The notes under the pieces: model-generated
The model's database searches: none
Told to the model about the DNA's origin: nothing
Seen by the model: only the letters and a program-made list of their open reading frames with translations
Made by a program: the position numbers and the translations under genes
From: an uncultured Acidobacteriota bacterium
Lineage (GTDB): Bacteria; Acidobacteriota; Terriglobia; Terriglobales; Acidobacteriaceae
Assembly (NCBI GenBank): GCA_963793945.1
Contig: CAWCCE010000001.1
Location: 525,716-589,715 of the forward strand
DNA length: 64,000 nt
Direction of reading: 5' to 3'
In this document: positions 42,310 through 52,717 of the stretch, piece after piece
How positions within the stretch are numbered: the stretch's first letter is position 1
Layout: the number at the start of each line of letters is the position of its first letter

Positions 42310-43185
42310 TCATTGCATGGTAAGGCCGAGCGCCTTCACCGTGTCCGGATCCAGCGTGTTTTTTCCGTCCTTCTTTGTAACGACGCCGAAGCTGCCCGAG
42401 TAGTCCCAGATCGCCCATCCGATGTTGTGGCGTTCAAGCGCAGTGTGAACGTCGCTGAGCCACGCGAGACGGTCTTGCGGTTGGGCGCGGCGGTAGACGC
42501 CGAATTCGTTGCACACTAGCGGAACACCGTTTCGCTTGCCCCAGTCTGCGGCCTGATTGATCTCGGCTTCGACTCGCGCAGCGTCCCAATGATCCTGGCC
42601 GTAGCGGACCACATAGAGGCGATCGATCGCTTCTGGAATTTTCTCCGCGACCTGAGCGGCGTTCTGCGGATTCGATGGGTAATGCAAGTCCTTCAGCCAG
42701 TTCCAGTAATACGGTCCCCATGAAGCGCCTTGATGCGTGAAGATGTGCGGCTCGTAGAAGTGGAATACATAAATGACGTTGGGATCGCGCAGCGGTTCCA
42801 TGAAGATCATGTCGTCATCGTTATCCCAGTGCGCTCCGGGAGCAAGGATCGTATTCGACGGCGCGCCCTGTCGAATCGCTTTCGCCAGCCTCGTGGCCAC
42901 ACCTTGCCACCGATAAGCGTCGTGCATCTCCGGCTCGTTCGGGATCTCGAAGAAGATGCGTTCAGGGTCCCATGACGATGTCGAATAATGCTGCGCGACC
43001 CTGCGCCAGAAGTCAGCAAAGCGCTCGACGAAATCATCGTCTTTCTCGAGCTTGGCTTTAAAGTCGGAGTCCGGGTGCATGTCGAGTTCGACCGCGAGTC
43101 CAGCATCAAGAATCATCTTCATAGCTGCGTCGAGATAGCTGTAGTACTCCGCGCTGCCGTTGGGACGACGGGCTGCGTCCATCAT
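42310..43185 (-). CDS. glycoside hydrolase family 5 (cellulase/mannanase-like); annotated from the first ATG, but GH5-like sequence continues upstream without a start codon
   Basis: Acid/base EIPNEPE and nucleophile VCNEFG motifs. HFYEP; WAIWDY. See the finding for 43186-43497. Confidence 0.75.
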   Translation of the reverse strand: MMDAARRPNGSAEYYSYLDAAMKMILDAGLAVELDMHPDSDFKAKLEKDDDFVERFADFWRRVAQHYSTSSWDPERIFFEIPNEPEMHDAYRWQGVATRLAKAIRQGAPSNTILAPGAHWDNDDDMIFMEPLRDPNVIYVFHFYEPHIFTHQGASWGPYYWNWLKDLHYPSNPQNAAQVAEKIPEAIDRLYVVRYGQDHWDAARVEAEINQAADWGKRNGVPLVCNEFGVYRRAQPQDRLAWLSDVHTALERHNIGWAIWDYSGSFGVVTKKDGKNTLDPDTVKALGLTMQ

Positions 43186-43494
43186 CGGCTGCGGATTGAC
43201 GCTGAGGCGGACGTGATCGAACCCAGCGGACTTGATCAGGGCAATGTCCGCCGAGGTCGTCCAAGTTTCGAAGTGCTCTTTGGTGTATCCCTTGGAGTCG
43301 TAGACCTGCGCGAACCACTCGCTGAGATTGACGCCGTGACGGAAGTGAGCAAGTGTGAAGCCGGCACCGAAGAAGTGGGAGTGGTCTGGGCGAGCGAGAT
43401 CGTAGAAAAAAGTAGAATTGCGGGAACGCAGTTGCGGAACACGGGTCCACCTGGGTGAGACGCCGGCGCTACTCTGGCCTGCGATATGCGCGGA

Positions 43495-45612
43495 TCAGCT
43501 AATAATCGGCAGCGCTCGGATTCGTTTCTTCGTCGCCGCGTAAATTGCATTGCACAGCGCTGGAGCGATGGGAGGCACGGACGGCTCGCCGATTCCGCTC
43601 GGAGCTTCCGCGCTCGGAACCGCATAGACTTCCACCATCGGCGTTTCTTCCATCCGCAACGGCGCGTAGTCGTCGAAGTTGCCCTGAACGACGCGTCCCT
43701 TTTCGATCGTGATCTTCGCGCGTAAAGCATTAGCAAGGCCGTAGACGATTCCACCTTGAATCTGTTGTTCCAAAATGCTCGGATTGATCACTTGGCCGCA
43801 ATCTACGACGGCTACGACGCGATGCACACGGGGCTGATCGTTTTCCATGGTGATCTCGACGACTTCGGCCATGTAGGAGGCGAAGCAGCCGAAACAGGCA
43901 ATGCCGCGGAAGCGTCCGGTGGGAAGAGGCTTATCCCAGCCAGCTTTTTCTGCGGCTAGCTGGAGTACTCCACGCATGCGAGCGGTGTGCCATGTGGTGG
44001 TGAAGTACTGCAGGTCTTGATCTTTTTCGAGCAAGTGCAAGCGGTACTGCAAAGGATCTTTTCCCGCTGCGACGGCGAGTTCGTCGACAAAACTTTCCAA
44101 CGCGAACGCCGCTTGGAGCGCGTACACCGAGCGCATCCAACCGAGAGGCACCGGAGTTTCCGTCATCACGTATTCGATGGAGTAGTTCGGAAGTCCGTAA
44201 ACTGGTCCTGCTTCATCCGGAAGGTCGGGATCGACTCCGTTCGGCACCGGCAGACCTTTCTGGCCGCTGATGGAGGGCGCGATGATGCGGTGAGTCAGCG
44301 CCGTGGGAAATCCTGAGCCGTCGACCTTCGCGCTGATTTGATGCAGGCTTGCAGGGCGGTAAGTTGAGGAGCGCATGTCGTCTTCGCGCGTCCAGAGAAC
44401 CTTCACCGGAGCGTTGATCGCCTTTGAGACTAGCGCGGCTTCGACGGCATAGTCATGTTCGAGGCGTCGACCGAAGCCTCCACCCATCAACGTGACGTTG
44501 ACCTTCACTTGATCGGGGTCGAGTCCGATCGCGGGGGCGACAGAGTCACGGCAATCCTGAGGAACTTGCGTCGGCGCCCAGATCTCGCATTTCAATGTCT
44601 GATAGTGTGCGGTGCAGTTGCCGGGTTCCATCGGGGCGTGCGCCATGAAAGGCAGCGAGTACTCCGCGGAAACTGTTCGCCCCGAAGCTTTGGTTGGATC
44701 GCCTGCCAGATATATGCTGGCGGGTTTCTTGGTCGCTCCCTGTTTGAGGGAAGCGATGACGGCAGCGGTATTCAGATCTTTGTTGGTGCCGTCGTCCCAC
44801 GTGATGTTGAGTACTCGACGGCCGTCCATAGCGCCCCACACGCTGTCGGCAACGACAGCAACGGCTGAGTCGCTGATCTTACCCACGTAACTGACGCCGG
44901 AAATCTTCTTCGAGTCTTTATCATCGAAGCTCGACACTTTGCCGCCGATCGTGGGGCAACGCGAGAGCACGGCGTATTTCATTCCCGGCAGTTGGAAGTC
45001 GATTCCGAAGGTGGCTTCGCCTTTGACCTTGGATGGCGAATCGACGCGGGGCAGACGTTGCCCAACGATCTTGTAGTCTTTGCTCTGCTTCAGTGGAACA
45101 TCAGTCGGAATGGGAAGCGTTGAAGCTTTGGCGACGAGATCTCCGTAAGCGACGCTACGGTTGGTGGCGGCGTGCTTGATGTGGCTGTTCTCTGCCGTGC
45201 AACCGGATCGGGGAACATTCCAAGTGAGGGCCGCGGCGGAGATGAGCATTTCGCGGGCAGCAGCACCGGCTTTGCGCATGGGATCCCATGTAGTGCGAAT
45301 GCTCGCGCTGCCTCCGGTTGTCTGATCGCCGAATAGGTTGCTGGCCCCAGCCTGTTCGATCTCGATCTGCTTCCAGTCCGCTTCGAGTTCTTCCGCGAGG
45401 ATCATGGGGAGCGCCGTACGAACACCCTGTCCCATCTCCGAGCGCGCGACGACGATTGTGATTTTGTTGTCTGGAGTAATTCGCAGATAAGCGTTGGGCG
45501 AAAAGAATTCTCTTTCCGAACGACTTCCATGCGGTAAGTAGAAACCGATGACCAGACCGGCGCCGGCGGCCACGCCGGCGGTAACGAATCCACGGCGAGT
45601 CATCGGGCTCAT
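43495..45612 (-). CDS. molybdopterin-binding subunit of xanthine-dehydrogenase-family oxidoreductase (IorB/aldehyde-oxidase beta type), Tat-exported
   Basis: Twin-arginine signal [20 protein letters not shown]; 705 aa; GGGFGRR motif; ATGA overlap with the 2Fe-2S subunit gene. Confidence 0.88.
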   Translation of the reverse strand: MSPMTRRGFVTAGVAAGAGLVIGFYLPHGSRSEREFFSPNAYLRITPDNKITIVVARSEMGQGVRTALPMILAEELEADWKQIEIEQAGASNLFGDQTTGGSASIRTTWDPMRKAGAAAREMLISAAALTWNVPRSGCTAENSHIKHAATNRSVAYGDLVAKASTLPIPTDVPLKQSKDYKIVGQRLPRVDSPSKVKGEATFGIDFQLPGMKYAVLSRCPTIGGKVSSFDDKDSKKISGVSYVGKISDSAVAVVADSVWGAMDGRRVLNITWDDGTNKDLNTAAVIASLKQGATKKPASIYLAGDPTKASGRTVSAEYSLPFMAHAPMEPGNCTAHYQTLKCEIWAPTQVPQDCRDSVAPAIGLDPDQVKVNVTLMGGGFGRRLEHDYAVEAALVSKAINAPVKVLWTREDDMRSSTYRPASLHQISAKVDGSGFPTALTHRIIAPSISGQKGLPVPNGVDPDLPDEAGPVYGLPNYSIEYVMTETPVPLGWMRSVYALQAAFALESFVDELAVAAGKDPLQYRLHLLEKDQDLQYFTTTWHTARMRGVLQLAAEKAGWDKPLPTGRFRGIACFGCFASYMAEVVEITMENDQPRVHRVVAVVDCGQVINPSILEQQIQGGIVYGLANALRAKITIEKGRVVQGNFDDYAPLRMEETPMVEVYAVPSAEAPSGIGEPSVPPIAPALCNAIYAATKKRIRALPIIS

Positions 45613-46076
45613 CGTGTTCCTCCGTTCGCGGCAGCGCGGTGGATCGCTTTGCGGATACGTTCATATGTTCCGCAACGGCAAAGGTTACCGTTCATGGCTT
45701 GAGTGATCTGATCGTCGGAAGGGTTGGGCGTCTTCGCTAGCAGCGCCGCGGCGGACATGATTTGCCCGGGCTGGCAGTATCCGCATTGCGGAACTTCTTC
45801 CGCAATCCAGGCTGATTGTAATACGTGCAGCCCATTGGCAGAGAGGCCTTCGATCGTCGTGATGCTCTTACCCGAGACTTGCGAGACGGGAGTTGAGCAG
45901 GAACGGATCGCGCTGTCTTCGACGTGGACCGTGCAGGCGCCGCACAATCCAGCGCCACAGCCAAATTTTGTGCCGGTCAGGCCCAGCGTGTCGCGCAGGA
46001 CCCAGAGAAGAGGAGTTTCGGGAGGAACGCTGACTTTTTTTTCACTGCCGTTGATGCGGAGTGTGAGATCGGCCAT
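45609..46076 (-). CDS. (2Fe-2S)-binding small subunit (IorA type)
   Basis: GCG.G.CGACTV and C.TP......QCGYC.PG..M; CRCG.Y..I motifs; 155 aa. Confidence 0.9.
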   Translation of the reverse strand: MADLTLRINGSEKKVSVPPETPLLWVLRDTLGLTGTKFGCGAGLCGACTVHVEDSAIRSCSTPVSQVSGKSITTIEGLSANGLHVLQSAWIAEEVPQCGYCQPGQIMSAAALLAKTPNPSDDQITQAMNGNLCRCGTYERIRKAIHRAAANGGTR

Positions 46077-46109
46077 GTGGGTGAGTTCTGAGACAGCAAC
46101 ATGGTATCA

Positions 46110-46204
46110 GGGAGCAGAGGTAAGGGAGCAGGGGTTAGGTGCCAAGGATCAGCGTGGGGCCGCGCTTTAGTGGGAATCAGTGATGAGTGAATAGTGATGA
46201 GTGA
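46110..46204. repeat. two direct word dimers with 14-nt period: GGGAGCAG x2 and AGTGATGAGTGA x2
   Basis: GGGAGCAG at 46110 and 46124. AGTGATGAGTGA at 46179 and 46193. The reverse complement of the second word (GTCACTCATCACT) recurs at 29963-29975. Confidence 0.65.
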
Positions 46205-46271
46205 CTTGGCGGTTCGACGCCACGGCTGGCGCGATATCTGAACTCACGCCGCCTGCTCTCTGGCCCCGACC

Positions 46272-46997
46272 TTATTTCAGCTCTGCCAACTTTTCCGTGG
46301 CCAGCTGTCCGGCCTCGTTGGAGGCATTGTCTTTCTTAATCTGCTCGTAAAGGCGCTTGGCGTCGAGAGGTTGGTTCGAGTTCTGGTACGTCTCCGCCAA
46401 CTGCAACTGTGCGGTCACTTTACTGACCGAGTCCGTCGGCTTGTTGATCAGTTCCTGATAGAGGGTGATGGCATCCTTTGCACGACCGTTGTTGGCATAG
46501 AAAGCGGCCAACGCGTCTTTGGCGAGGGACGAAACCTGTCGGTTGCCGTTCGAGATCACTTCCTTGAAATTGCTTTCGGCACCGGCTTTGTCGCCAAGGC
46601 TGACTGCAGTTACCCCGAGAAAATAGTGGGCCATATCAGCGGTGCGCGTATGCGGATATTTGTCGACAATTGCCTGAAACTGCTTCTGCGCAGCCTGAGA
46701 GCGTTCTTTTGCCGAAGTGAACGTCGGGAAATCAGGTTGCGCCGGAGTTCCGGCGGGGCGCAACTGCGTGTCCATCGTACGCACTGCCTGGGACAACTCC
46801 AGGCTGGCTTTCTGGTCTTGACCGTTCAAGTAGTACCAGCCGCCAATCACGGCACCCAGGAGCACAGCCACAACGACTGCGGAAATGACAATCGTGGTCC
46901 GATGCTCGACGGTCCAATCGGCGGTTTTTTCAGCGGCGCCGATTGTGACTCGGCTGAATGCGTCTTGCTTGAGTTGATGGCGGGTTTCTGCGCGCAC
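46272..46997 (-). CDS. membrane-anchored TPR protein (YfgM-like)
   Basis: GTG start with an AGGGA RBS. Cytoplasmic N-terminus, one TM (IVISAVVVAVLLGAVIGGWYY), TPR-like C-terminal domain. Confidence 0.65.
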   Translation of the reverse strand: MRAETRHQLKQDAFSRVTIGAAEKTADWTVEHRTTIVISAVVVAVLLGAVIGGWYYLNGQDQKASLELSQAVRTMDTQLRPAGTPAQPDFPTFTSAKERSQAAQKQFQAIVDKYPHTRTADMAHYFLGVTAVSLGDKAGAESNFKEVISNGNRQVSSLAKDALAAFYANNGRAKDAITLYQELINKPTDSVSKVTAQLQLAETYQNSNQPLDAKRLYEQIKKDNASNEAGQLATEKLAELK

Positions 46998-47248
46998 AAA
47001 CTTCCCTTCTGACTATAGCGGTGGGCTGATTAAATTGTTCGAGACAAACTAGCAGTTTAACAGGGTGAAAAGGGGGCGTCAAAAGCGGGATATTCATCGA
47101 ACAACGCCAAAAGCGCCAGACAAACATCTGGTGGCTGTTATGAGAGCCTGTGGCGCCGATTCCCGCGTCGACTCATTGTTTCGTCTTTCAAAGCGCCGCA
47201 TCCTTCTGCTACTCTGCGCTTTCCGTTCTGGGGAGGAATCAAGCAAAA

Positions 47249-49033
47249 ATGTCTTCGCACAAGCGATTTATCTCGACCCTTGCGGTCTTGTCGTGTCTCG
47301 CGCTTTTCTCGTTTGGAGCCGATAAGAAATCCAAAGAAACGAAAGCAGACGACAGCAACAAGCCGTCGTACGAACTACCACAGCCTGCGACCGAAACGCT
47401 TGACTTCGCCATGTATCAGCGAATTCGGGAGGAGGGCCTCGAACATTCGCACGTGATGGAATATGCCTCGGGCCTGGCGGACGGGATCGGTCCGCGGCTG
47501 ACTGGTTCTCCAAACCTGAAGCGAGCGAATGAATGGACGCGCGATCAACTGACCGCGATGGGGTGCAGCAATGCGCACCTTGAAGATTGGGGCGAGTTTG
47601 GCATGGGCTGGCGTCAACTCAACACTTGGGTGCGGATGTCCGCGCCTGACACCGCCGTTTTCATCGCGCAAGCATTGCCGTGGTCACCCTCGAGCCACGG
47701 TCCGGTGAGCGGCCGTGCGATTTGGATCGATGCAAAGGACGAGAAAGATCTCGAGAAATTCAAAGGCAAGCTGGAAGGAAAGATTGTTTTCTTCGGTCCG
47801 ATGCGTGACGTGAAGCCTGTCGACAAGCCGCTGTTCGAGCGTCGCGATGATGCGAACCTCAAGACCACAGCGGAATTTCCGGTGCATGTGGGCGAGCCGC
47901 AAGATGGGTTCGCAGACTTCATCAAACGGCTCGAATTTCGCGAAAAGGCAGGACAATTCTTCGCGGCGGAGCACGCTGCGGCCATTGTAATTCCGAGCCG
48001 CGACGGTCGCAACAACGGTGGATCGGGCGGTACGATCTTCGACGACGGCGGAGCCGGCATGGGATGGTTCACATACAAGCGCGAGCACGCGGAGGCTCTT
48101 CCAGTCGTCGTGACCGCCATTGAAAACTATGGCCGCGTGTATCGATTGCTCAAGGCGAACGTGCCCGTGAGCGTCGAGATGGACGTGGAAACGGAATTCA
48201 CGGGCGATCATGAGCATGGCTTCGACACGATCGCTGAGATCCCCGGCACCGATCCTAAGCTCAAGGACGAAGTTGTGATGGTCGGCGGGCATCTGGATTC
48301 GTGGGCGTCGGCAACTGGGGCGACGGACAATGGTGCGGGAACGGTGGTTGCGATGGAAGTGATGCGGATACTGAATGCCCTGCACGTGCAGCCGCGCCGC
48401 ACAATTCGCGTCGGCCTTTGGACTGGCGAAGAGCAAGGCGAGTTCGGTTCCTACGGATACGTAAAACAACACTTCGGATTCGTCCCACTCTCAACGGCGG
48501 CGGATCAGATGTCGCTGCCCGACTTTCTGCGCAAACCTGCCGGCCCGGTCGAGATCAAACCCGAGCAGCAGAAGATCTCCGGATACTTCAACGTCGACAA
48601 CGGATCGGGGAAAATCCGCGGTATTTACTTGCAGGAGAACGCGGCCGTGGCTCCCATCTTTCAGCAGTGGATTCAGCCGCTCGCCGACCTTGGCGTCAGT
48701 ACCATCACGATGCGCAACACCGGTGGCACCGATCACGAGGCGTTTGATTCCGTCGGTATTCCGGGCTTCCAGTTCATTCAGGACATGCTGGATTATGGAT
48801 CGCGCACGCACCATTCCAACATGGACACCTACGAGCGCTTGCAGCCGGACGATCTGGCGCAGGCAGCCACAGTCGAGGCAATCTTCGTTTACAACACAGC
48901 GATGCGGGACCAGATGCTGCCGCGCAAGCCGCTGCCGCATCCGGAACTCAACGAGCAGAAGAATGCTCCGCTGAAGAACGTCATGCCCGGAGCCGAGGCC
49001 GCACAGGAAGAAATGAAGAAGCCCGGAAATTAG
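47249..49033 (+). CDS. secreted M28-family aminopeptidase with PA domain
   Basis: Signal peptide from ATG 47249 (GGGAGGA RBS). VMVGGHLDSW..ATGATDNGAGTVVAMEVMRIL zinc-ligand block; GGTDHEAF. Confidence 0.85.
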   Translation: MSSHKRFISTLAVLSCLALFSFGADKKSKETKADDSNKPSYELPQPATETLDFAMYQRIREEGLEHSHVMEYASGLADGIGPRLTGSPNLKRANEWTRDQLTAMGCSNAHLEDWGEFGMGWRQLNTWVRMSAPDTAVFIAQALPWSPSSHGPVSGRAIWIDAKDEKDLEKFKGKLEGKIVFFGPMRDVKPVDKPLFERRDDANLKTTAEFPVHVGEPQDGFADFIKRLEFREKAGQFFAAEHAAAIVIPSRDGRNNGGSGGTIFDDGGAGMGWFTYKREHAEALPVVVTAIENYGRVYRLLKANVPVSVEMDVETEFTGDHEHGFDTIAEIPGTDPKLKDEVVMVGGHLDSWASATGATDNGAGTVVAMEVMRILNALHVQPRRTIRVGLWTGEEQGEFGSYGYVKQHFGFVPLSTAADQMSLPDFLRKPAGPVEIKPEQQKISGYFNVDNGSGKIRGIYLQENAAVAPIFQQWIQPLADLGVSTITMRNTGGTDHEAFDSVGIPGFQFIQDMLDYGSRTHHSNMDTYERLQPDDLAQAATVEAIFVYNTAMRDQMLPRKPLPHPELNEQKNAPLKNVMPGAEAAQEEMKKPGN

Positions 49034-49140
49034 AGCCCGGGCAGTGTTCGCGGAACGGCGGAGGCGATTGTCCTCACATGATCTGCAAAATGCGAACGCC
49101 GCCGATTGCTCGGCGGCGTTTCTTCCAGCAAAAGAGCTTC

Positions 49141-49509
49141 TTACCGCGGGGCTTCCTCCAGCAATCCTTGCTCGAGTTTTTCCTGGCATTCGATGCAGTG
49201 GCGCGTCCACGGCACGGCCTCGAGACGCTTCGCGTTGATCTCTTTGCCGCAGTGGATGCATTCGCCGAAGCTGCCTTCGCGAATGCGAACGAGGGCGCGG
49301 TCCACCATCTGCAATAGCTGGCGCTCGTTGTTGCTCTGGCTGAACAAAAATTCCTTGGTGTAAGAACTAGCCGCGCGATCGGCAATGTCCTGCGCCGTGT
49401 CTTCGTCGGCGGAGCGGCCGTCGGCCTGCGTCCGATTCACCGTATGACGCAATTCCTGCTGCCGCGTCTCTAAACGTTTCTTGAATGCTTCCAATTTCTT
49501 CTTATCCAT
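49141..49509 (-). CDS. DksA/TraR-family C4 zinc-finger protein
   Basis: Coiled-coil N-terminus. CIHCGKEI...RLEAVPWTRHCIECQ is a 4-Cys finger. ATG 49509 fits family length (~122 aa). Confidence 0.85.
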   Translation of the reverse strand: MDKKKLEAFKKRLETRQQELRHTVNRTQADGRSADEDTAQDIADRAASSYTKEFLFSQSNNERQLLQMVDRALVRIREGSFGECIHCGKEINAKRLEAVPWTRHCIECQEKLEQGLLEEAPR

Positions 49510-49761
49510 AAAGTTCACTTCGAATCCTGAAAAGGCCTTATAACTCTTAGGACGCCCCGCAGCGGAGGCGTCCGTGGTCATGAGGCCAAACGAAAATGAT
49601 AAGCGCGGGAATTAAGATGCGTCAACCGCTCAAAGGGCTGTCGACAGACCGCAGCGACGCCAAGTGATCCTAATCACGCGCTTTATTCCTAGGTTAGAAA
49701 CCCGCCATCAATCCGGATGTTGCGGAATGCCTCCTATGCGGAGGAGTCTCGCGCTGCACCG

Positions 49762-51243
49762 TTATCTGGGCAAAGGTTCTTTCATGTCCGCCAGCGCGTA
49801 TCCTACGACGGCCATTGCGGCCGCATTCTCGCGCAGTTCGCTCGGGACAATCTTGTCGAGGGTATCGGCGGCGCTGTGGTGATAGTTGAAGTACGTGCGG
49901 CCGTCCTGCCGAAGTCCCAGTGCGGGGACGCCCGCTTCGGACATCGATGAAATATCCGCCCCGGGGGGATAGCTGCTCGGCTGGAGAGCGGTGGCTCCGA
50001 AGCTTTCCAAAACATTCAACGCCGGACGAAGCAGATCGGCCGCGTTAGCCGACATTCGGATATCGAATCCGAGTGGGTGCGCGGCTCCAGAATCGCTTTC
50101 GATCGCGGCGACATGCTTGGGGAAATCACTCGAATGATCCTTCGTATAGGCCTGACTTCCCGCACCGCCGCTTTCCTCGTCTATCCATGCAATCACACGC
50201 AGCGTGCGCTTGGGATGAAGGTGGAGCTTCTGCAGAATCTCGGCCGACTCCATTGCGACCGCAACTCCGGCTGCGTCGTCGATGGCTCCGGTGCCGAGGT
50301 CCCAGGAGTCGAGATGTCCGGAAACAACGACGATCTGTTCGGGATGCTCGGTGCCTTTCAAGTCGGCGATGACGTTATAGCCGATCGCATCGGGAAACTT
50401 TTGCGGCGTCAGCGTAAGATGCATGCGGACTGTGCCTTGTGCTGCGAGGTGAGCGATGAGTTCCGCGTCCTCGGACGTAACGGCGCCAGCCGGGATCCCC
50501 GCTGGAACGCTAAACCCGGTATGCGGCAGACGGTAATCGGCGTTTTCCACGGACCGGACGAGACCGGCAACAGCGCCCAGATCCGCTGCGGCTTTGGGTC
50601 CAGCCGCCCGGTAGCGAACGGCTTCCCCGTAAGCGATGAAAGAAATGCCCGCCGCCGCCTTCTGCTTATCGAAGATTTCGTTAAACAAAACAATCTTGCC
50701 CGCGACATGTTCTCGTCCGAGTTTCTTCAACTCATCGAAATTGTTGACGACGACGACATCTGCGTTGAGTCCTTCGGCGGGTGTCGCGGTACTTCCGCCG
50801 AGAGCCGTGAGTACGATTTTCTGGCTTGTTCCGGGAACCTGTCCTGAATATTCCACAAGCTCCGCCGTTTCCGCGCCGCGCACCCAGTGCGGAACTTTCA
50901 CTTCTTCGAGTTGGACATCGAGCCCAAGCTGTCGGAGTTCGCTGGCGACATAGTCCACGGCGGCCTTGGCCTGGGGCGAGCCGCTGATGCGCGGTCCGAT
51001 GTTCTCCGTCAAATGCGCGACTTGATTGTAGGCGTAGTCGTCCGAGAGAGCCGCCGTCTTGATTTCCGTCAACTGGTCGAGCAGCTGAGCGGAATAATTT
51101 TCCTGCTGCGCCTGCGTCATCTGCGGAATACCGCCGAACGGGTTCGGCGCAGGGGCCGGAGGGTTTTGGGCAACTGCGACTGTTGAGAGTGCGGCTAACA
51201 GAATGGTGATTGGAAGTGTTGGGCGAAAGGGGACGCTTGGCAT
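49762..51243 (-). CDS. secreted M28-family peptidase with PA domain
   Basis: Signal peptide from ATG 51243. VVVSGHLDSWDLGTGAIDDAAGVAVAMESAEIL; YHHSAADT. Confidence 0.85.
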   Translation of the reverse strand: MPSVPFRPTLPITILLAALSTVAVAQNPPAPAPNPFGGIPQMTQAQQENYSAQLLDQLTEIKTAALSDDYAYNQVAHLTENIGPRISGSPQAKAAVDYVASELRQLGLDVQLEEVKVPHWVRGAETAELVEYSGQVPGTSQKIVLTALGGSTATPAEGLNADVVVVNNFDELKKLGREHVAGKIVLFNEIFDKQKAAAGISFIAYGEAVRYRAAGPKAAADLGAVAGLVRSVENADYRLPHTGFSVPAGIPAGAVTSEDAELIAHLAAQGTVRMHLTLTPQKFPDAIGYNVIADLKGTEHPEQIVVVSGHLDSWDLGTGAIDDAAGVAVAMESAEILQKLHLHPKRTLRVIAWIDEESGGAGSQAYTKDHSSDFPKHVAAIESDSGAAHPLGFDIRMSANAADLLRPALNVLESFGATALQPSSYPPGADISSMSEAGVPALGLRQDGRTYFNYHHSAADTLDKIVPSELRENAAAMAVVGYALADMKEPLPR

Positions 51244-51316
51244 GTCGGACGACAGTGTATCTGACCTGCTTAGGAAATGAGAACTGTGGGCCGGCAGTGA
51301 AACAGAAGAGCATTTA

Positions 51317-51389
51317 CCACGAAGGACACGAAGTGGCACAAAGGTGAGTCGGTGCTTTGTTCCTTCGTGATACTTCGTGTCCTTTGTGG
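51317..51389. repeat. word hairpin, CACGAAGG family, copy B
   Basis: CCACGAAGGACACGAAGTGGCACAAAGG, loop, CCTTCGTGATACTTCGTGTCCTTTGTGG, followed by the same TTGAT.T(G)TTTT tail as copy A. Confidence 0.75.
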
Positions 51390-51413
51390 TTGATGTTTTA
51401 TCTAATCTCAGCC

Positions 51414-51441
51414 CAAAAAAATGGCCCCATTGCTGGGGCCA
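51414..51441 (-). terminator. strong intrinsic terminator (minus strand)
   Basis: On the minus strand: UGGCCCC-loop-GGGGCCA followed by UUUUUUU. Confidence 0.7.
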
Positions 51442-51770
51442 CGTTTCAAGAGGCTACGATTGGTGGGCGATGTCAGGAAAGGCGATGCAAGATGCCGTTC
51501 CGAAAGCCAGAACGGCACTTCGGGAAGTGACGCGTAGAATCGAAGAGGATGAAGGTCATGGAGTGTGCGGCCTCTTTCTTACATACGACTGAAGCACTTG
51601 CCGCACCAAAATGTGGAAATCCTGTGATTACCGTCACGCCTTTACGTAAGTGTAATTAATTTATGCACTTATGGCGTGCTGAATAAGGCTGGGGCGAAGT
51701 TGATAGTACCGACAACCGGAGCCCTCAAGTGCAGAACAATGCATATTCAATGCAGCGCCATGCCAAGCGC

Positions 51771-51802
51771 AAAGTAAAAGCCCATGGCAGCTCGCCATGG
51801 GC
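51771..51802 (-). terminator. intrinsic terminator of the gvpL/F-like gene
   Basis: On the minus strand: GCCCAUGGC-GAGCU-GCCAUGGGC followed by UUUUACUUUG. Lies 21 nt after the stop at 51823. Confidence 0.7.
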
Positions 51803-51822
51803 CATTGCAAAAGCAAGGGAAT

Positions 51823-52569
51823 CTAGCTGTTGCCGGCTACCGTGCGAAGCTTGCCGGGCAGGAAGTGGTAGGGAGGCCATGGACCGCTGATGGCCACTTC
51901 GCAATTCTTAAGCTGCTTGGCTGCCGTGCTGTACCGATTCTGATACTTTTCCACGCTCTTGGAGTCGATCAGGTGGGCGATATCGATCAACATGCCCTCG
52001 GGCGCGACCTTCTTGCAGCTGACTTCTTCTTCCAATGGATTGAACAGCTTATGGACCTGGACCGAGAGAGCCCGAGCTTTCGTCTGACGCTCGCGTTCTC
52101 TCGACGCCTTCACTTTGAGCTTGGACAGATAATCGCCGCCAACGGTGTCGGGAAGTTCGATGTCGATCATCGCTTCGCGCAGGGAACCATCGCGGACGAC
52201 CAGCTTGATGTGCATTTCGGACTTGCCGCGCAGCTTCGCGACACTCAGGCCAAAAGCGCGCCGGTTGACCCGGACGGCCTGGCGAAGTGCGTCATCGCTA
52301 TCGAAGATTGTGCCGAATTTGAAGGGCAGGACGGTGGAATTGCGGAAGCAGTTGCTGACGACTCGCGCATGCTCAATCGCGGCTTTATGGTCGAGTTCGC
52401 CGGCTGTGTGGTCGTATTCGCTGACTATTACGGCGAATTCACCACTGGGATAGCTCAGAACAGCAGCTCCGTTGACCCCTTGAACTCCCTCAAGAAGAAA
52501 AGGACGTCGGGTGCGGGTGCCATTTGGGAGGGTTTGGTGCTCGGTAAGACAGTACGCGTACCACGCCAT
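51823..52569 (-). CDS. GvpL/GvpF-family protein (gas-vesicle accessory protein homologue), orphan
   Basis: 248 aa. Family hallmarks by eye: N-terminal aromatic start (AWYAYCL), AV+VS, H..V+......TVLPFKFGTIF, GK.E..+K+, coiled middle part, C-terminal ISGPWPPYHF. GGAGAG RBS. Confidence 0.72.
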   Translation of the reverse strand: MAWYAYCLTEHQTLPNGTRTRRPFLLEGVQGVNGAAVLSYPSGEFAVIVSEYDHTAGELDHKAAIEHARVVSNCFRNSTVLPFKFGTIFDSDDALRQAVRVNRRAFGLSVAKLRGKSEMHIKLVVRDGSLREAMIDIELPDTVGGDYLSKLKVKASRERERQTKARALSVQVHKLFNPLEEEVSCKKVAPEGMLIDIAHLIDSKSVEKYQNRYSTAAKQLKNCEVAISGPWPPYHFLPGKLRTVAGNS

Positions 52570-52717
52570 GTTGAACTCTCCGAACCGGGATGGAGACGGA
52601 CCAAGCCGTCTCTCACGTCGAGTTATTTCGCCAAAGCTTGTGAACTGCGAGTTTGGAAGTAAGGAACGGGCGGTACTGGGCTAACCGGAAGCGTTTACAG
52701 TCGCACTTCCTGTATGC

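Noticed and set aside
43236-43754. 172-aa minus-strand ORF bridging the iorB end and the GH5 upstream region
   Set aside because: It is off-frame relative to both genes, Arg/Ser-rich, and overlaps the genuine IorB C-terminus.
51784-52662. 292-aa plus-strand ORF opposite the gvpL/F-like gene
   Set aside because: It has no motifs or RBS. The minus-strand frame has family-specific motifs, an RBS and a terminator.
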